From: Anaeromyxobacteraceae bacterium
Lineage (GTDB): Bacteria > Myxococcota > Myxococcia > Myxococcales > Anaeromyxobacteraceae
Assembly: GCA_047602405.1 (NCBI GenBank)
Contig: JASGHJ010000002.1
Location: forward strand, 416,001 to 480,000
DNA length: 64,000 nucleotides
Direction: 5' to 3'
The notes beneath the pieces were generated by a model, which saw only the letters and a program-made list of their open reading frames with translations, did no database searches and was not told the origin of the DNA. Shown in pieces: positions 13,817 to 26,300 of this stretch. The translations under genes were made by a program, and so were the position numbers. Position 1 is the stretch's first letter; every line of letters starts with the position of its first letter.

Positions 13817-14494
13817 TCACCGGGCCGCGAACCGTGGCGCGAGCACGTGGTTCTCGAGGTGGACGTGCGTGAGCGTGTCGGCCTCGACGGCCTCGAGCTC
13901 CGCCATCAGCACCCGGTAGCTGTTGCAGCCCCACGCGGGCGGGACGAAGCCGTCGGTGAGCGCGCGCAGGCGCCCGAGCAGCGCGCCGACCTCCAGGTGA
14001 TCGGCGAGCATGCGCTCGAGCTCGCGGGCGATGACCCCGGGATCCGTGGTGCGGGCCGCGAGCGCCGGGAAGAGCATCGTCTCCTCCTCCTCGAGGTGCG
14101 GGAGGAGGGCCGCCGAGAGGGCCGACACGACGCCGTACACCTCCTCGAGCCGCGGCTCCCGGTCGCCGTGCACCCGCGCGACCTTCGCGGCGAGCGGCTC
14201 GACGAACGGGAGCGCCCGGCGCAGGTAGCCGTGGTGGCGGTCCACGATGCGCGCGAGGAGCGCCGCGGTCGAGAGCGCGCGCGGATCCTCCGCGGCGGCC
14301 TCGCCGCCGGCGGGCAGGGCGGCCGCGAGCTCCGCCTGGACGGCGGCGGGGTCGAGGCCGCGATCGCGGCAGGCCTCGGTCACCGTGACGCCGCCCCGGC
14401 AGCAGTAGTCGATGCCGCGCCGCTGGAAGACCCGCGCGAGCGAGGGGTGGGAGAGCACGAGCTGCGCCACGGTGGCGGAGGGGTCGAGGTCCAT
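13817..14494 (-). CDS. ric: Iron-sulfur cluster repair di-iron protein (Ric/ScdA/YtfE family)
   Basis: GIDYCCRG N-terminal motif, HHGYLR, HLEEEE, DHLEV, HVHLENHVL. Confidence 0.9.
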   Translation of the reverse strand: MDLDPSATVAQLVLSHPSLARVFQRRGIDYCCRGGVTVTEACRDRGLDPAAVQAELAAALPAGGEAAAEDPRALSTAALLARIVDRHHGYLRRALPFVEPLAAKVARVHGDREPRLEEVYGVVSALSAALLPHLEEEETMLFPALAARTTDPGVIARELERMLADHLEVGALLGRLRALTDGFVPPAWGCNSYRVLMAELEAVEADTLTHVHLENHVLAPRFAAR

Positions 14495-14506
14495 GCCCAC
14501 CGGAAT

Positions 14507-14522
14507 TGCAGCGCCCGTGCCG
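14507..14522 (-). promoter_or_regulatory. Putative sigma-54 -24/-12 promoter for ric
   Basis: Minus-strand CGGCACGGGCGCTGCA (GG-N10-GC); the predicted start site is close to the ATG, so the mRNA may be leaderless. Confidence 0.5.
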
Positions 14523-14702
14523 GGCACGCGCGGGCCAGGAACCGGAGCGATCACGCGAGGTCACGGGCCCGCTCCCGTCTGGGTCCCATGCCGGAGAACG
14601 AAGGGAAGGTGCGGGTGCACCGAAATGCGGGTGCGCCACCGCTCGAACATTCGCGCATACCGCCGTGAAGGCGGGGGGACGGGGGGCGGCGAGCCTCCCC
14701 GC

Positions 14703-15569
14703 ATGACGCCCACCCGCCGGACGCTCGCCCTCCTGCTCTCGCTCACCGCGCCCGCCGCGGCCCGCGCCGCCACCCTCACCCTCGACGAGCCCGTGCTCGG
14801 CCGCACCGCGTGCGGCGCCGCGGGCGACACCTCCGTGTCCATGACCTGGGACCTCGGGAGCTCGACCGGCGCCTCGATCGAGCTCCTCGGCTCCGACGCG
14901 GCCGGCTGCGACGAGACCGACGCGACGACCGCCGTGCTCGTGGACGGCCTCTCGACCTCCCGCACCGCCTACCCTCAGAGCGGCGACACGGCCATCACGG
15001 TCCTGGACCTCCTCACCGCCGCGGGCAAGGCGACCGACTGCACGGGGACCTCGGTGCGCGTGTACGCCTGCCTGCGGGTCCTCGACGCCGCGGGCGCCGC
15101 GGTGACGACCGCCTCGGCGGCGCTGAAGCTCGAGTTCACCTCGCCACCGGCGCCGGTCTCGGTCGCGACGGTGCCGGGAGAGGGCGCGCTGTACGTGTCG
15201 TGGGCCGAGGGCGAGGCGACGACCGCCGCCCCGGCCGACTCGAAGCGCTACCGGGCCTACGCGGCGGCGGGCGGGAGCACCTGGTCGTCGGCGAAGACCG
15301 CATCCACCTCGGCGCGGATCGCCGGGCTCGAGAACGGGACGGCCTACGACGTCTGGGTGGTCGCCTACAGCGAGGCCGGCAACGAGAGCACCGCCTCCGA
15401 GCCCGCGACCGGGACGCCGCAGCCGGTCGAGGACTTCTGGGACGTGTACGCGGCGAGCGGCGGGGTCGAGCAGGGCGGGTGCGGCCAGGGCGGCGGCGGG
15501 GCGGCGCCGTGGGCGCTGCCGGTGATCGTGTTGCTCCTGCGGCGCTCCGTCGGGGCGCGGCGCAGCTGA
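14703..15569 (+). CDS. Secreted fibronectin type III protein with MYXO-CTERM-like C-terminal anchor
   Basis: Signal peptide; FN3-like GLENGTAYDVWVVAYSEAGNES; C-terminal GGC...hydrophobic stretch...RR. Confidence 0.75.
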   Translation: MTPTRRTLALLLSLTAPAAARAATLTLDEPVLGRTACGAAGDTSVSMTWDLGSSTGASIELLGSDAAGCDETDATTAVLVDGLSTSRTAYPQSGDTAITVLDLLTAAGKATDCTGTSVRVYACLRVLDAAGAAVTTASAALKLEFTSPPAPVSVATVPGEGALYVSWAEGEATTAAPADSKRYRAYAAAGGSTWSSAKTASTSARIAGLENGTAYDVWVVAYSEAGNESTASEPATGTPQPVEDFWDVYAASGGVEQGGCGQGGGGAAPWALPVIVLLLRRSVGARRS

Positions 15570-15620
15570 AGCCCCGGCGTCCGGGCGGGTCGCCTCGAGC
15601 CGGCTCCGGCTGGCGTTCTG

Positions 15621-15652
15621 CCCGGGCCCCCCTCTCTCGAGAGGGGCCCGGG
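15621..15652. terminator. GC-rich hairpin between convergent genes
   Basis: CCCGGGCCCC(CC)TCTC-TC-GAGAGGGGCCCGGG. Confidence 0.55.
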
Positions 15653-15658
15653 TTCAGG

Positions 15659-16999
15659 TCACTTCGCGGCAGGGGCCACGGGCGCGGCGGCGGGCTGCGC
15701 GGCCGGGGCCGGGGCCGGGGCCGGGGCCGGGGCGGCCGGCGGCGGCTCGGGCTTCAGGAACGAGCCCGAGAACGTGTAGAGCACGCCGACGCCGAAGCCG
15801 GAGACGTCCGCGCCCGGAGCGACCGCGCCCACCGGCGGGAAGTTCGAGTAGCTCGCGGAGGTGCCGTTCACCATCCGGTACCAGGAGGCGAACACGTCGA
15901 AGGACTTCGTGATCGAGTAGGAGTAGCCGAGCGCCAGCTGCGTGCCGGAGAGGCCGTCGGTGGAGCACGCGGCGCCGCCGACCTTCTTGCAGTCGCCCTC
16001 GAGCCCCTTGCCGAACGAGCCCCAGACCTGGTGCGCGCCGACCCGCTGCTGCGCGAGCACGTAGAAGGAGTCGCGCGTGTAGGACTTCACGGCGCCGGCG
16101 GCGGTGTCACGGTTCTCGTAGGAGAGCCGCTCGACGATGGCCGAGAGCTTCGTGCCGGTGGGGAAGCCGTAGAACGCCACGAGCTCGTGCGCCTGGTCGG
16201 TGGAGCCGCCGTTCGTGAAGGTCGGGCCGTTCCCGCCGAGCTGCGCGAGGCCGAAGTAGTCCACGTGGCGCTCGTAGCCGTAGCGGACGCCGAGCGTGTC
16301 GAGGTCGTACGAGAGGAGCGCCGAGTAGAGGCGCGGGCCGATGCCCGGGGCGGTCGCGCCCTTCGTGGTGCGCGACTCGTCGAAGCCGTAGGCCACGCGG
16401 GCCGAGAGGCCGTGGAACTTCGGCGACCAGTACTGGAGCGAGTTGCCCTGCCGGCGGTTGAAGCTCGCGTCGGCCTTGGCAGCCGCGCGGCCGGTCTGGG
16501 TGGTCGTGCCCGGGACGTTGAAGCCCGGGTTCGCGGTGATGGCGTTGTCGAACGGGTTCAGGCCCCGCAGCGGCCCGACCATCAGGATCGGCGCCTTGTA
16601 GGGCGTGTCCCACAGGCCGTAGAAGGCGGTGCCCCAGTCGCCGGTGAGGCCGACCTGGCTGTTGCGCGACGCCCAGGCGTTCGGCGCGTCGCCGTCCGGG
16701 CTGACCGCGCTCTCGACCTGGAAGATGGCCTTCAGGCCCGGGACGAGCTCGAGCTGGCCCTTGAAGCCGAGGTTGGAGGTGCCGGAGGTGAGGCGGGCCC
16801 GGCGGGGCAGGTTCTGGCCGCTGAAGGTGGGCACCTGTGCGGCGGTGACGGGGTTCGTGGTGGCGGTCGCGCCGGTGGTGGCGACCGCGTCGCCGAACTC
16901 CATCAGCGAGCCGTAGAAGGTGGAATCGGAGCTCTGCGCCGCGGCCGCGCCCGGAAGGGCGAGCACCAGGGCGAGCAGGGCGAGCGCATGGGTCTTCAT
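15659..16999 (-). CDS. Gram-negative type porin with Pro/Ala-rich C-terminal tail
   Basis: Signal peptide; SNLGFKG, AIFQVES, RNSQVGLTGDWG, NSLQYWSPKF motifs. Confidence 0.88.
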   Translation of the reverse strand: MKTHALALLALVLALPGAAAAQSSDSTFYGSLMEFGDAVATTGATATTNPVTAAQVPTFSGQNLPRRARLTSGTSNLGFKGQLELVPGLKAIFQVESAVSPDGDAPNAWASRNSQVGLTGDWGTAFYGLWDTPYKAPILMVGPLRGLNPFDNAITANPGFNVPGTTTQTGRAAAKADASFNRRQGNSLQYWSPKFHGLSARVAYGFDESRTTKGATAPGIGPRLYSALLSYDLDTLGVRYGYERHVDYFGLAQLGGNGPTFTNGGSTDQAHELVAFYGFPTGTKLSAIVERLSYENRDTAAGAVKSYTRDSFYVLAQQRVGAHQVWGSFGKGLEGDCKKVGGAACSTDGLSGTQLALGYSYSITKSFDVFASWYRMVNGTSASYSNFPPVGAVAPGADVSGFGVGVLYTFSGSFLKPEPPPAAPAPAPAPAPAAQPAAAPVAPAAK

Positions 17000-17070
17000 G
17001 AGCGTCCTCGTTCGTGCGCGCACGGGCGGGACGCCCGTCGAATCGCGCGTGGTGGTCTGCGGGGCCGCAA

Positions 17071-17086
17071 AGCACCGCCCGTGCCA
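17071..17086 (-). promoter_or_regulatory. Putative sigma-54 promoter for the porin gene
   Basis: Minus-strand TGGCACGGGCGGTGCT. Confidence 0.6.
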
Positions 17087-17173
17087 CGGGCGCGGCGGCC
17101 CGGGGACCGCGGGGAGGGCGCGGCACGGCGGGGGTTCGAGGCCCCTGCGGCAGATTCACGCACCGTTCGTTCG

Positions 17174-17206
17174 ACTCGAAATGATAAGCTGCCTCTCAAT
17201 TCGAGA
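17174..17206. promoter_or_regulatory. Candidate tandem enhancer sites for the XylR/V4R activator
   Basis: ACTC-N5-GATA (17174) and TCTC-N5-GAGA (17194) are 20 bp apart; the TCTC-N5-GAGA core recurs at 18848. Confidence 0.4.
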
Positions 17207-17219
17207 ACGGGGTGCGACG

Positions 17220-18842
<1,623 letters not shown>

Positions 18843-18923
18843 GGCCTTCTCGCTTCGAGAAGGCCCGCCGCCGCGCCCCGTGCGCGCGGCCTCCCCGGCG
18901 CGGATTCATTGAGCTTCGTCGCG

Positions 18924-18939
18924 TGGCACGCCGCGTGCT
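18924..18939 (+). promoter_or_regulatory. Putative sigma-54 promoter for the flavocytochrome operon
   Basis: TGGCACGCCGCGTGCT about 50 bp upstream of the ATG. Confidence 0.6.
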
Positions 18940-18990
18940 CCGTGGGCTCCGCGTGCGAGCGCCGCGTCGGCGCGTCGCGGAGGACACGAG

Positions 18991-20535
18991 ATGAGCCACG
19001 AAGAGAACGAGAAGAAGGTCCTGGCGCGGCGCCAGTTCCTGAAGGCGGCCGGGCTGGCCGCCGGCGCGGTGGGCACCGCCGCCGCCGGGCTCGCCCCCGC
19101 GGCGGCCGAGGCGGCCGCTCCGGAGCTCCCGAAGCGGTGGGACGAGACGACGGACGTGCTGGTGGTCGGCACCGGCTTCGCGGGCCTCTCGGCCGCGGTC
19201 GAGGCGCGGGTGGCCGGCGCGGACGTGCTCGTGATCGAGAAGATGCCGGTGCACGGCGGCAACTCGATCATCAACGGCGGCGACTTCTGCGCCGCGGGCA
19301 ACACCTTCCAGAAGGAGGCCGGCGTCCAGGACTCCCCCGAGCTGATGCTGAAGGACATGCTGAAGGCGGGCGCGAGCCTCAACCACCTCGAGCTCGCCCG
19401 CCTCGTCGCGGAGCGCTCCAACGAGGCGCTCGAGTGGACGAAGTCGTTCGTGGGGGCCCGCTACGGCCGGCTCAACTTCCACGGCGGCCACTCGGTGAAG
19501 CGGTCGGTCCAGACCGTCAACCAGTCCGGCTCCGAGCTCGTCAACAAGCTGCTCGCGAAGGCGAAGGAGCTCGGCGCGAGGTTCTCGATGCGCACGAAGC
19601 TCGTGCGCCTCCTGGTGAGGGACGGCCGGGTGGTCGGCGTCGAGGTGAAGCGCGGCTACGACTGGCCGGACGAGAAGTCCGGCGAGACGGTGTTCATCAA
19701 GGCCCGCCGCGCGGTGGTGCTCGGCTCCGGCGGCTTCTCGCAGGACAAGCGGCTGCGCCGCATCCACGATCCGCGCATCACCGACACCTTCGAGTCCACC
19801 AACCACCCCGGCGCGACCGGCGAGGCGCTGCTCGCGGCCTGCAAGATCGGCGCGATGGACGTGCAGATGGACTGGATCCAGCTCGGCCCGTGGACGAGCC
19901 CGGACGAGCCCGGCTTCGGGAACACCCCGCAGGTCTGCGAGCGCATCGTCGGCTACGGCCTGATGGTCGATCCCTCCACCGGCAAGCGCTTCTTCAAGGA
20001 GACCGGCAACCGCAAGGAGCGCGCGGACGCGATCATCGCGCTCGGGCACCCGGCGGTGATCGTCGGCGACAGCTACGCCATCGAGAAGCAGGTCGTGCCG
20101 AAGGTGCTCCAGAAGGCGATGGAGGTCGGCGCGGTGAAGCGCTTCGACACCCTCGAGGCGGTGGCCGCGAACTACGGCATCCCGGTGCAGCCGTTCCTCG
20201 AGCAGGTCGCGCGCTGGAACGGCTTCGTCGCGGCGGGCAAGGACACCGACCTCGACTGCAAGCTCTTCCCCGACACGAAGCAGACGGTGCAGGGGCCGTT
20301 CTACGCGATGCGCCTGTGGCCGCGCGTGCACCACACCATGGGCGGCCTCGACATCGACAAGGACGCCCGGGTCCAGAGCTTCGACTTCGCGCCGATCGCC
20401 GGCCTGTACGCGGCCGGCGAGGTGACGGGCGGCGTGCACGGCGCCGTGCGCCTCGGCTCGGTCGCCATGGCGGACTGCGTGGTCTTCGGGCGGATCGCCG
20501 GCAAGAACGCGGCGGCCGAGAAGCCCTGGGCCTGA
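18991..20535 (+). CDS. Tat-exported flavocytochrome c flavoprotein subunit (fumarate reductase/urocanate reductase superfamily)
   Basis: RRQFLK Tat signal; VVGTGFAG FAD motif; GGNSIINGG; GGHSVKR; HHTMGG; GLYAAGEVTGGVHG..RLG. Confidence 0.92.
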   Translation: MSHEENEKKVLARRQFLKAAGLAAGAVGTAAAGLAPAAAEAAAPELPKRWDETTDVLVVGTGFAGLSAAVEARVAGADVLVIEKMPVHGGNSIINGGDFCAAGNTFQKEAGVQDSPELMLKDMLKAGASLNHLELARLVAERSNEALEWTKSFVGARYGRLNFHGGHSVKRSVQTVNQSGSELVNKLLAKAKELGARFSMRTKLVRLLVRDGRVVGVEVKRGYDWPDEKSGETVFIKARRAVVLGSGGFSQDKRLRRIHDPRITDTFESTNHPGATGEALLAACKIGAMDVQMDWIQLGPWTSPDEPGFGNTPQVCERIVGYGLMVDPSTGKRFFKETGNRKERADAIIALGHPAVIVGDSYAIEKQVVPKVLQKAMEVGAVKRFDTLEAVAANYGIPVQPFLEQVARWNGFVAAGKDTDLDCKLFPDTKQTVQGPFYAMRLWPRVHHTMGGLDIDKDARVQSFDFAPIAGLYAAGEVTGGVHGAVRLGSVAMADCVVFGRIAGKNAAAEKPWA

Positions 20536-20563
20536 AGCGCGAACGGACGAAAGGGACACCACC

Positions 20564-20917
20564 ATGACCATCACGAAGAAGCTCGCCCGCCTCGCGCTCC
20601 TCGCGGCGCTCACGCTGCCGCTCGCCGCCGCCGCCGGGGAGAAGTTCTCCGCCGACGCGCACCAGGCGAAGGGCGTCTCCTGCGCGGACTGCCACGGCAA
20701 GGCGAAGAAGAAGACGTTCGTCGAGGCGGAGCGCTGCCTCTCCTGCCACGGCCCGGGCGAGGCGCTCGCCGCGAAGACCGCGGCGGTGAAGCCCGAGAAC
20801 CCGCACGCGTCACCGCACTGGGGCGCGCAGATGGAGTGCAACGTCTGCCACCGCCAGCACAGGGCGACGCAGAACTGGTGCGACCACTGCCACCGGTTCG
20901 GCTTCAAGGTGCCGTAA
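20564..20917 (+). CDS. Periplasmic tetraheme cytochrome c
   Basis: Signal peptide; CADCH, CLSCH, CNVCH, CDHCH; NPH.SPH motif. Confidence 0.93.
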   Translation: MTITKKLARLALLAALTLPLAAAAGEKFSADAHQAKGVSCADCHGKAKKKTFVEAERCLSCHGPGEALAAKTAAVKPENPHASPHWGAQMECNVCHRQHRATQNWCDHCHRFGFKVP

Positions 20918-21070
20918 GAACGCGCTCCGTGGACGGGCCGTTCGCCCCGAGCTAGGCGTGAGCTAGGCGCGCGCCGCGCGCCGGAGCCGAGGGGTGGCGC
21001 ATCGCATCATCGCTGCGCCCCGGGGTCACACGATCCCGGGGCGCGTTCGTTTTCTCCAGGAACCTGGCCG

Positions 21071-21094
21071 GGGTGCAAGCGTGCGCTTGCACCC
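21071..21094. promoter_or_regulatory. Perfect 11-bp inverted repeat upstream of the actP-like gene
   Basis: GGGTGCAAGCG-TG-CGCTTGCACCC. Confidence 0.4.
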
Positions 21095-21224
21095 TAACGG
21101 GCAGTTCGGGCACGCTGCGACAACTCGTACCGCATGGGTGCCACCGCCTCCCCGGGGCACACCGACTCACGACGCGAACCCTGAGCCCGCGCGCGACAGC
21201 CCGCGGCGAGAGAGGTGCCGATCG

Positions 21225-23276
21225 ATGAGCAGCGCCGTCTACGAACGGATCCGGGCGAACCCCAAGTTCCACGAGCTCGAGCGGCGCCGCGGCAGGTTCG
21301 CGTGGCTCCTCTCCTCGATCGTGCTCGTCGCCTTCTACGGCTACATCCTGCTCGTCGCCTTCGCGCCGGCGGTGCTCGCCCAGCCGCTCTCGGAGGGCGG
21401 CGTGCTCACCCGCGGCATCGTCTTCGAGCTCTCGATGTTCGTCGGGTTCTGGGTGCTCGTGGCGCTCTACGTGCGGCGCGCCAACTCCGAGTTCGACCAG
21501 CTCACCCAGGAGGTCGTGAAGGAGGCGGTGCAGGAGGAGGGCGGCGGCGCCGGGGCCGGCAAGGCGGTCGCCGGGCTCCTCCTGCTCGTCCTCCCCTGGC
21601 TGGCGTCGGCGGCGGGGCCGCTCGAGGGCCAGACCGAGAAGCAGCCGCTCAACGTCCACGCGATCGTGATGTTCCTCGTCTTCGTCGCGCTGACGATGGT
21701 CATCACCTACTGGGCCGCGAACCGCACGAAGTCCACGATGGACTTCTACACCGCGGGCGGCGGGATCACCGGCTTCCAGAACGGCCTCGCCATCGCCGGC
21801 GACTACATGTCCGCCGCGACCCTGCTCGGCCTCACCGCGATGGTCTACTCGCAGGGGTACGACGGCTACATCTACATGATCGCCTGGTTCGTCGGCTGGC
21901 CGATCATCCTCTTCCTGATGGCCGAGCGCCTGCGCAACCTCGGGCGCTTCACCTTCGCCGACATCAGCTCGTACCGGCTCGACCAGACGAAGGTCCGCAC
22001 GCTCGCGGCCGTCTCGTCGCTCACGGTGGTCGTCTTCTACCTCATCGCCCAGATGGTCGGCGCCGGCCAGCTCATCAAGCTGCTCTTCGGCCTGCCCTAC
22101 GAGGTCGCCGTCGTGGCGGTCGGCTCGCTCATGATGGTCTACGTGATCTTCGGCGGCATGATCGCGACGACCTGGGTGCAGATCATCAAGGCCGGCATGC
22201 TGCTCGTCGGCGGCACCATCGTCGCGCTGCTCGCGCTCTCGCACTTCGGGTTCTCGCTCGGGACGATGGCCCACGAGGCGATCGCGCAGTTCTCCGACGT
22301 CACCCGCACGAAGGGCGCCGACGGCGCGCTCCCGGCGGCCGGCAAGAACCTGCTCGCGCCGGGCGGCTTCCTGAAGGACCCCATCAACGCGGTCTCCCTC
22401 GGCCTCGGCCTCATGTTCGGCACCGCCGGCCTGCCGCACATCCTGATGCGCTTCTTCACGGTGGGGAACGCCAAGGAGGCCCGCAAGTCCGTGCTCTACG
22501 CCTCGGCCTTCGTGGGCTACTTCTTCAACGTCATCTTCGTGATGGGCCTCGCCGCCATCACCATCGTCGGCAAGGACGGGGCCTTCTTCGAGAAGGGCGT
22601 CGTGCCGGCGGCCGGCGTCTCCACGAAGATCGTCGGCGGCAACAACATGGTCGCGATGCACCTCGCGAAGGCGGTCGGCGGCGACCTCCTCCTCGGGTTC
22701 CTCGCGGCCGTCGCCTTCGCCACCATCCTCGCGGTGGTCTCCGGCCTCGCCCTGGCGGGCGCGTCCGCCATCTCCCACGACCTCTACGCGCGGGTGATCA
22801 AGAAGGGGAAGTCGTCGGAGGCGACCGAGATGCGGGTCTCCAAGATCGCGACCATCGGCCTCGGCGTCACCGCCATCGCCCTCGGCATCCTCTTCGAGCA
22901 GCAGAACGTCGCGTTCATGGTGGGCGTCGCCTTCGGCATCGCCGCGTGCGTGAACTTCCCGGTGCTGATCCTCTCGATGTACTGGCGCGGGCTCACCACC
23001 CGCGGCGCGCTCGCGGGCGGGCTCACCGGCCTCGTCCTCTCCCTGACGCTCGTGTTCCTGTCGAAGTCGGTCTGGGTGAACGTCCTCGGCAACCCGGCGC
23101 CGATCTTCCCGTGGGAGCAGCCGGCGCTCTTCGCGATGCCGGCGGCGTTCCTCGCGGCGTTCGTCTTCTCGAAGCTCGACGGCACCGAGCGCGCGAAGGC
23201 CGAGATCGCGGCCTTCGAGGACCAGTACGTCCGCGCGCAGACCGGGTACGGCGCCGCCGCGGCGGCGAAGCATTAG
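21225..23276 (+). CDS. actP: Cation/monocarboxylate symporter (ActP family) with fused N-terminal DUF485/YjcH domain
   Basis: YjcH-like [12 protein letters not shown]...[10 protein letters not shown], then [25 protein letters not shown] and [15 protein letters not shown]. Confidence 0.88.
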   Translation: MSSAVYERIRANPKFHELERRRGRFAWLLSSIVLVAFYGYILLVAFAPAVLAQPLSEGGVLTRGIVFELSMFVGFWVLVALYVRRANSEFDQLTQEVVKEAVQEEGGGAGAGKAVAGLLLLVLPWLASAAGPLEGQTEKQPLNVHAIVMFLVFVALTMVITYWAANRTKSTMDFYTAGGGITGFQNGLAIAGDYMSAATLLGLTAMVYSQGYDGYIYMIAWFVGWPIILFLMAERLRNLGRFTFADISSYRLDQTKVRTLAAVSSLTVVVFYLIAQMVGAGQLIKLLFGLPYEVAVVAVGSLMMVYVIFGGMIATTWVQIIKAGMLLVGGTIVALLALSHFGFSLGTMAHEAIAQFSDVTRTKGADGALPAAGKNLLAPGGFLKDPINAVSLGLGLMFGTAGLPHILMRFFTVGNAKEARKSVLYASAFVGYFFNVIFVMGLAAITIVGKDGAFFEKGVVPAAGVSTKIVGGNNMVAMHLAKAVGGDLLLGFLAAVAFATILAVVSGLALAGASAISHDLYARVIKKGKSSEATEMRVSKIATIGLGVTAIALGILFEQQNVAFMVGVAFGIAACVNFPVLILSMYWRGLTTRGALAGGLTGLVLSLTLVFLSKSVWVNVLGNPAPIFPWEQPALFAMPAAFLAAFVFSKLDGTERAKAEIAAFEDQYVRAQTGYGAAAAAKH

Positions 23277-23290
23277 CCCCCTCGCCCCGG

Positions 23291-23319
23291 CCCACTCCCC
23301 CGCGAGGCGGGGGAGTGGG
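23291..23319. terminator. 13-bp perfect hairpin (REP-like/bidirectional terminator)
   Basis: CCCACTCCCCCGC-GAG-GCGGGGGAGTGGG between convergent genes. Confidence 0.65.
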
Positions 23320-23330
23320 AGGCGCGTGGA

Positions 23331-26300
23331 CTACTCCTCCGCGGGGTCCGGCATGCGGTACCGGACCTTCACCTCGAGGTAGTCGAGGGCGACGGTCGCG
23401 ATGCCGGTGCCGTTCTGGCCGGCGGGGACGGCCGCGAGGACGATCGTGCCGCTGCGTCCCAGCAGGAGCTGCCCCGCCCGGCGGACCTCGCAGCCGGCCG
23501 CCGCCACGCGGGACGCGCAGTAGCCGAGGCTCGCCCCGCCGGCGCCGCCCGACGCGCCGGTGGCCACCGTCCGCCAGCCGAGCGGCTCGCCCACGAGCAG
23601 CTGCGCGTCGGCGGTGGCGGCGCCGCCCGGGAGCTGGGAGGCGGCCCGCACCGTCGCGGCGGCCGTGACCGCCTCGATCGTGGACGCGGGGGGCGCGCCC
23701 GCCGCGGAGAAGTCGAGCTCGGCGGCGACGGCCGGGCGCAGCGCGAAGCCGCCGTCCCACCGCCAGAGCCGCCCGGATCCGCCGCCGGGCGCGTAGACCC
23801 CGCCGTCGGTCGAGTACGCCCCCACCCCATCTCCGCTCGCCAGGCTCCCGTCGTTCTCCGGGTCGGCGACCACGCGCCGCCTCCAGGCGGTGCCGTCGAA
23901 CTCCCACACGTCGGGGCAGGCGAGCCCGGTCGCCGCGGCGCCGCAGTCCGGCGCGAACGGCGAGTTGCCGGAGGCGAGCAGCACCTTCCCCCGGCGGGCG
24001 TCGAAGGCCGCCACCGGCGAGGTCCGCGCGGAGGGGCCGGCCCCGGTGACCTGGGTCCACGCGGTCCCGTTCCAGCGCCAGGTGTCCCCGAGCGTGGCGC
24101 CGCTGCCGCTCCCGCCGAACACGATCGCCTCACCGTTCGCCATCGCGACGAGCGGGCCGAAGTACCGGGGCGGCGGCCCGCCGGTCCCGAGGTTGCGCCA
24201 GCAGGAGGTGCCGGCCGCGCCGCAGACCCCGGCGCCCCACGCCCCGTAGCCCCACGTGTCGTTGAGGAGGCAGAGGGACGAGGTGTTCCCGGCGGGGCAG
24301 GGGCCGGTGGGCTGGGAGTACCCGCCGCCAAACACGAGGAGGTGCGGGATCGCGGCCCCGCCGTTCCAGGTGGTGCCCGACTGGTAGCGAGGGGAGGGCT
24401 TCGGGGTCGAGGTGGTCAGGACCGACCAGGTCGTGCCGGTGCGCCGGTACCCGTCGACGAAGGGGTTCGAGGTCCCGGCCATGACCCCGCCGAACCGGTA
24501 GACGCCGTTGGGCGTCCCCGCGGAGCTCGGGTAGTTGGCGGCGGGGGGATTCCCGGTCGCGAACGAGGTCCAGAACCGGCCGTTGAACGACCAGGTGGTG
24601 TCGGTGAAGTCGCCGTTCGCGAAGACGAGCTCGCCCCGGGCGGCGTCGAAGGAGAAGACCGTCAGGCCGTGCACGAACGGCGCGGCGCGGGTGTGGTCGG
24701 CCACGAGCTGCCAGTCGCTCCCGTCCCACCACCACGTCCGCCGGCAGAGCCCCGCGCCGCCGCAGCCCTGGAACTCGTCCTCGCCCCCCGCGACGAGCAG
24801 GCGGCCGCGGATCGGCTCCCAGCCGAAGATCGCGGTGACGCGCCCGGGCGCGCTGCCGTCGGCGGTGGGGTCCGCCGGGGTGGGCTTCGACCAGGCGCTC
24901 CCGTTCCACTCGTAGAGATCCTGGCAGATCTCGGTCGAGGCCGTCACGCAGTCGGGCCCGTAGCCGCCGCCGAAGAAGACGCCGCGCTTGCGGACCGGAT
25001 CGTAGGCGGCCGTCGCGAGCTGGCGACTGGTCGGCTCGACGCCGCAGTCCGCGGTGGTGCTGTCGCAGGCGCGGGTCCACGCCTGGCCGTCCCAGAGCCA
25101 GGTGTCGCGGTACAGGCACGGGCCGTTCGGGGTGGTCGAGAGCCCGCCCCCGCAGTCGGTCGCCCCGCCGGTGAGGACGCGCGAGCCGCCGAAGAGGACG
25201 ACCTTGCCCAGGGCCCGGTCGAAGAAGGCGTACGCGCCGGAGCGCGGCTGGGGCCCCGTCGAGGCCACCTGCTCCCAGGTGCTGCCGTCGAAGGCCCAGG
25301 TCGCGGCCGTCGGCCCCGAGGCGCCGAGGCCGCCGAAGAGCAGCACCTTCCCCAGGTTGTCGTCGTAGACCATCGTCCCGCCGTCCACCCTCGGCGCGCC
25401 GGAGCCCGGCACGAACCGCCAGCTCTGGTTCGCGAAGACCCAGGTGTCGCCGGACTGCGAGCCCGAGCCGGCCAGGACGACCTCGCCCCGCTGCGCGTCG
25501 AACGCGACGCCGTTCTCCGCGAGCGCCGGGTTGCCGTCGAACTCGGGGTCCACCACCGGCTCCTCGAGCCAGCCGGTCCCGGTCGCGAGCCAGGTCTGGA
25601 CCCCGGCGATGCCGATGACGAGCCCGCGCAGCTGGCCGCGCCAGGTGTCGGTGTACGAGAGGTAGTTGGCGTCCGGTGGGGTGCCGAGCGGATCGATCCG
25701 GGTCCAGGTCCCCGCGCCCTCCACCGCGAGGCCCACGCCGTCGCGCCGGCCGAGGGTCCCCGTATCGGAGCGCTCGGCCGAGCTCCTCGCGAGGACGCCG
25801 TCCGCGAGGATCCCGAGCCCGCGCAGCCGGTGCGGGTTCGTGAAGGCGTCGAGCGCGGTCTTGCCGGCGAGCGTGGCGGTCCACGCGACGTCGCGCACCT
25901 GCACCGCCTGCGCGCCCGCGAGGGCCCCGTCGGCGTCGCTCACGTTCCCCGCACCGTCGACCGCCGCGACGTAGACCCGCGCCCGGTCGGCCGGGACGAG
26001 GTCGAAGGTCGGCACCGCGCCGCTCCCGTCGGCCTGGCCGCCGCCGATGCGGCTCGCGTTCGCGAGGGTGGCGCCGTCGAAGACGACGAGCCGCGCCCCC
26101 GCCTCCACCGCGCCCGCGCCGCCCGTGAGCGAGAAGCTCCGCACGCCCGAGGTGGCGTCGGCGCCCCAGGGGACGCGGGAATACAGGATGCGCCCCGCGG
26201 TGACCACGTCGGGCGGGGCGGGCGCGACGGTGTCGATCGTGATCGACCCGAGCGAGAGGCGCGCCTCGTTGCCCGCGGGGTCCGTCACCCGGGCGAAGAG

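Noticed and set aside
15701..15735. GGCCGG-type tandem repeat
   Set aside because: It encodes the Pro-Ala linker of the porin C-terminus; not an independent element.
18991..20535. Assigning frdA/fccA/urdA
   Set aside because: The substrate-binding His motif differs, and specificity cannot be assigned from sequence alone.
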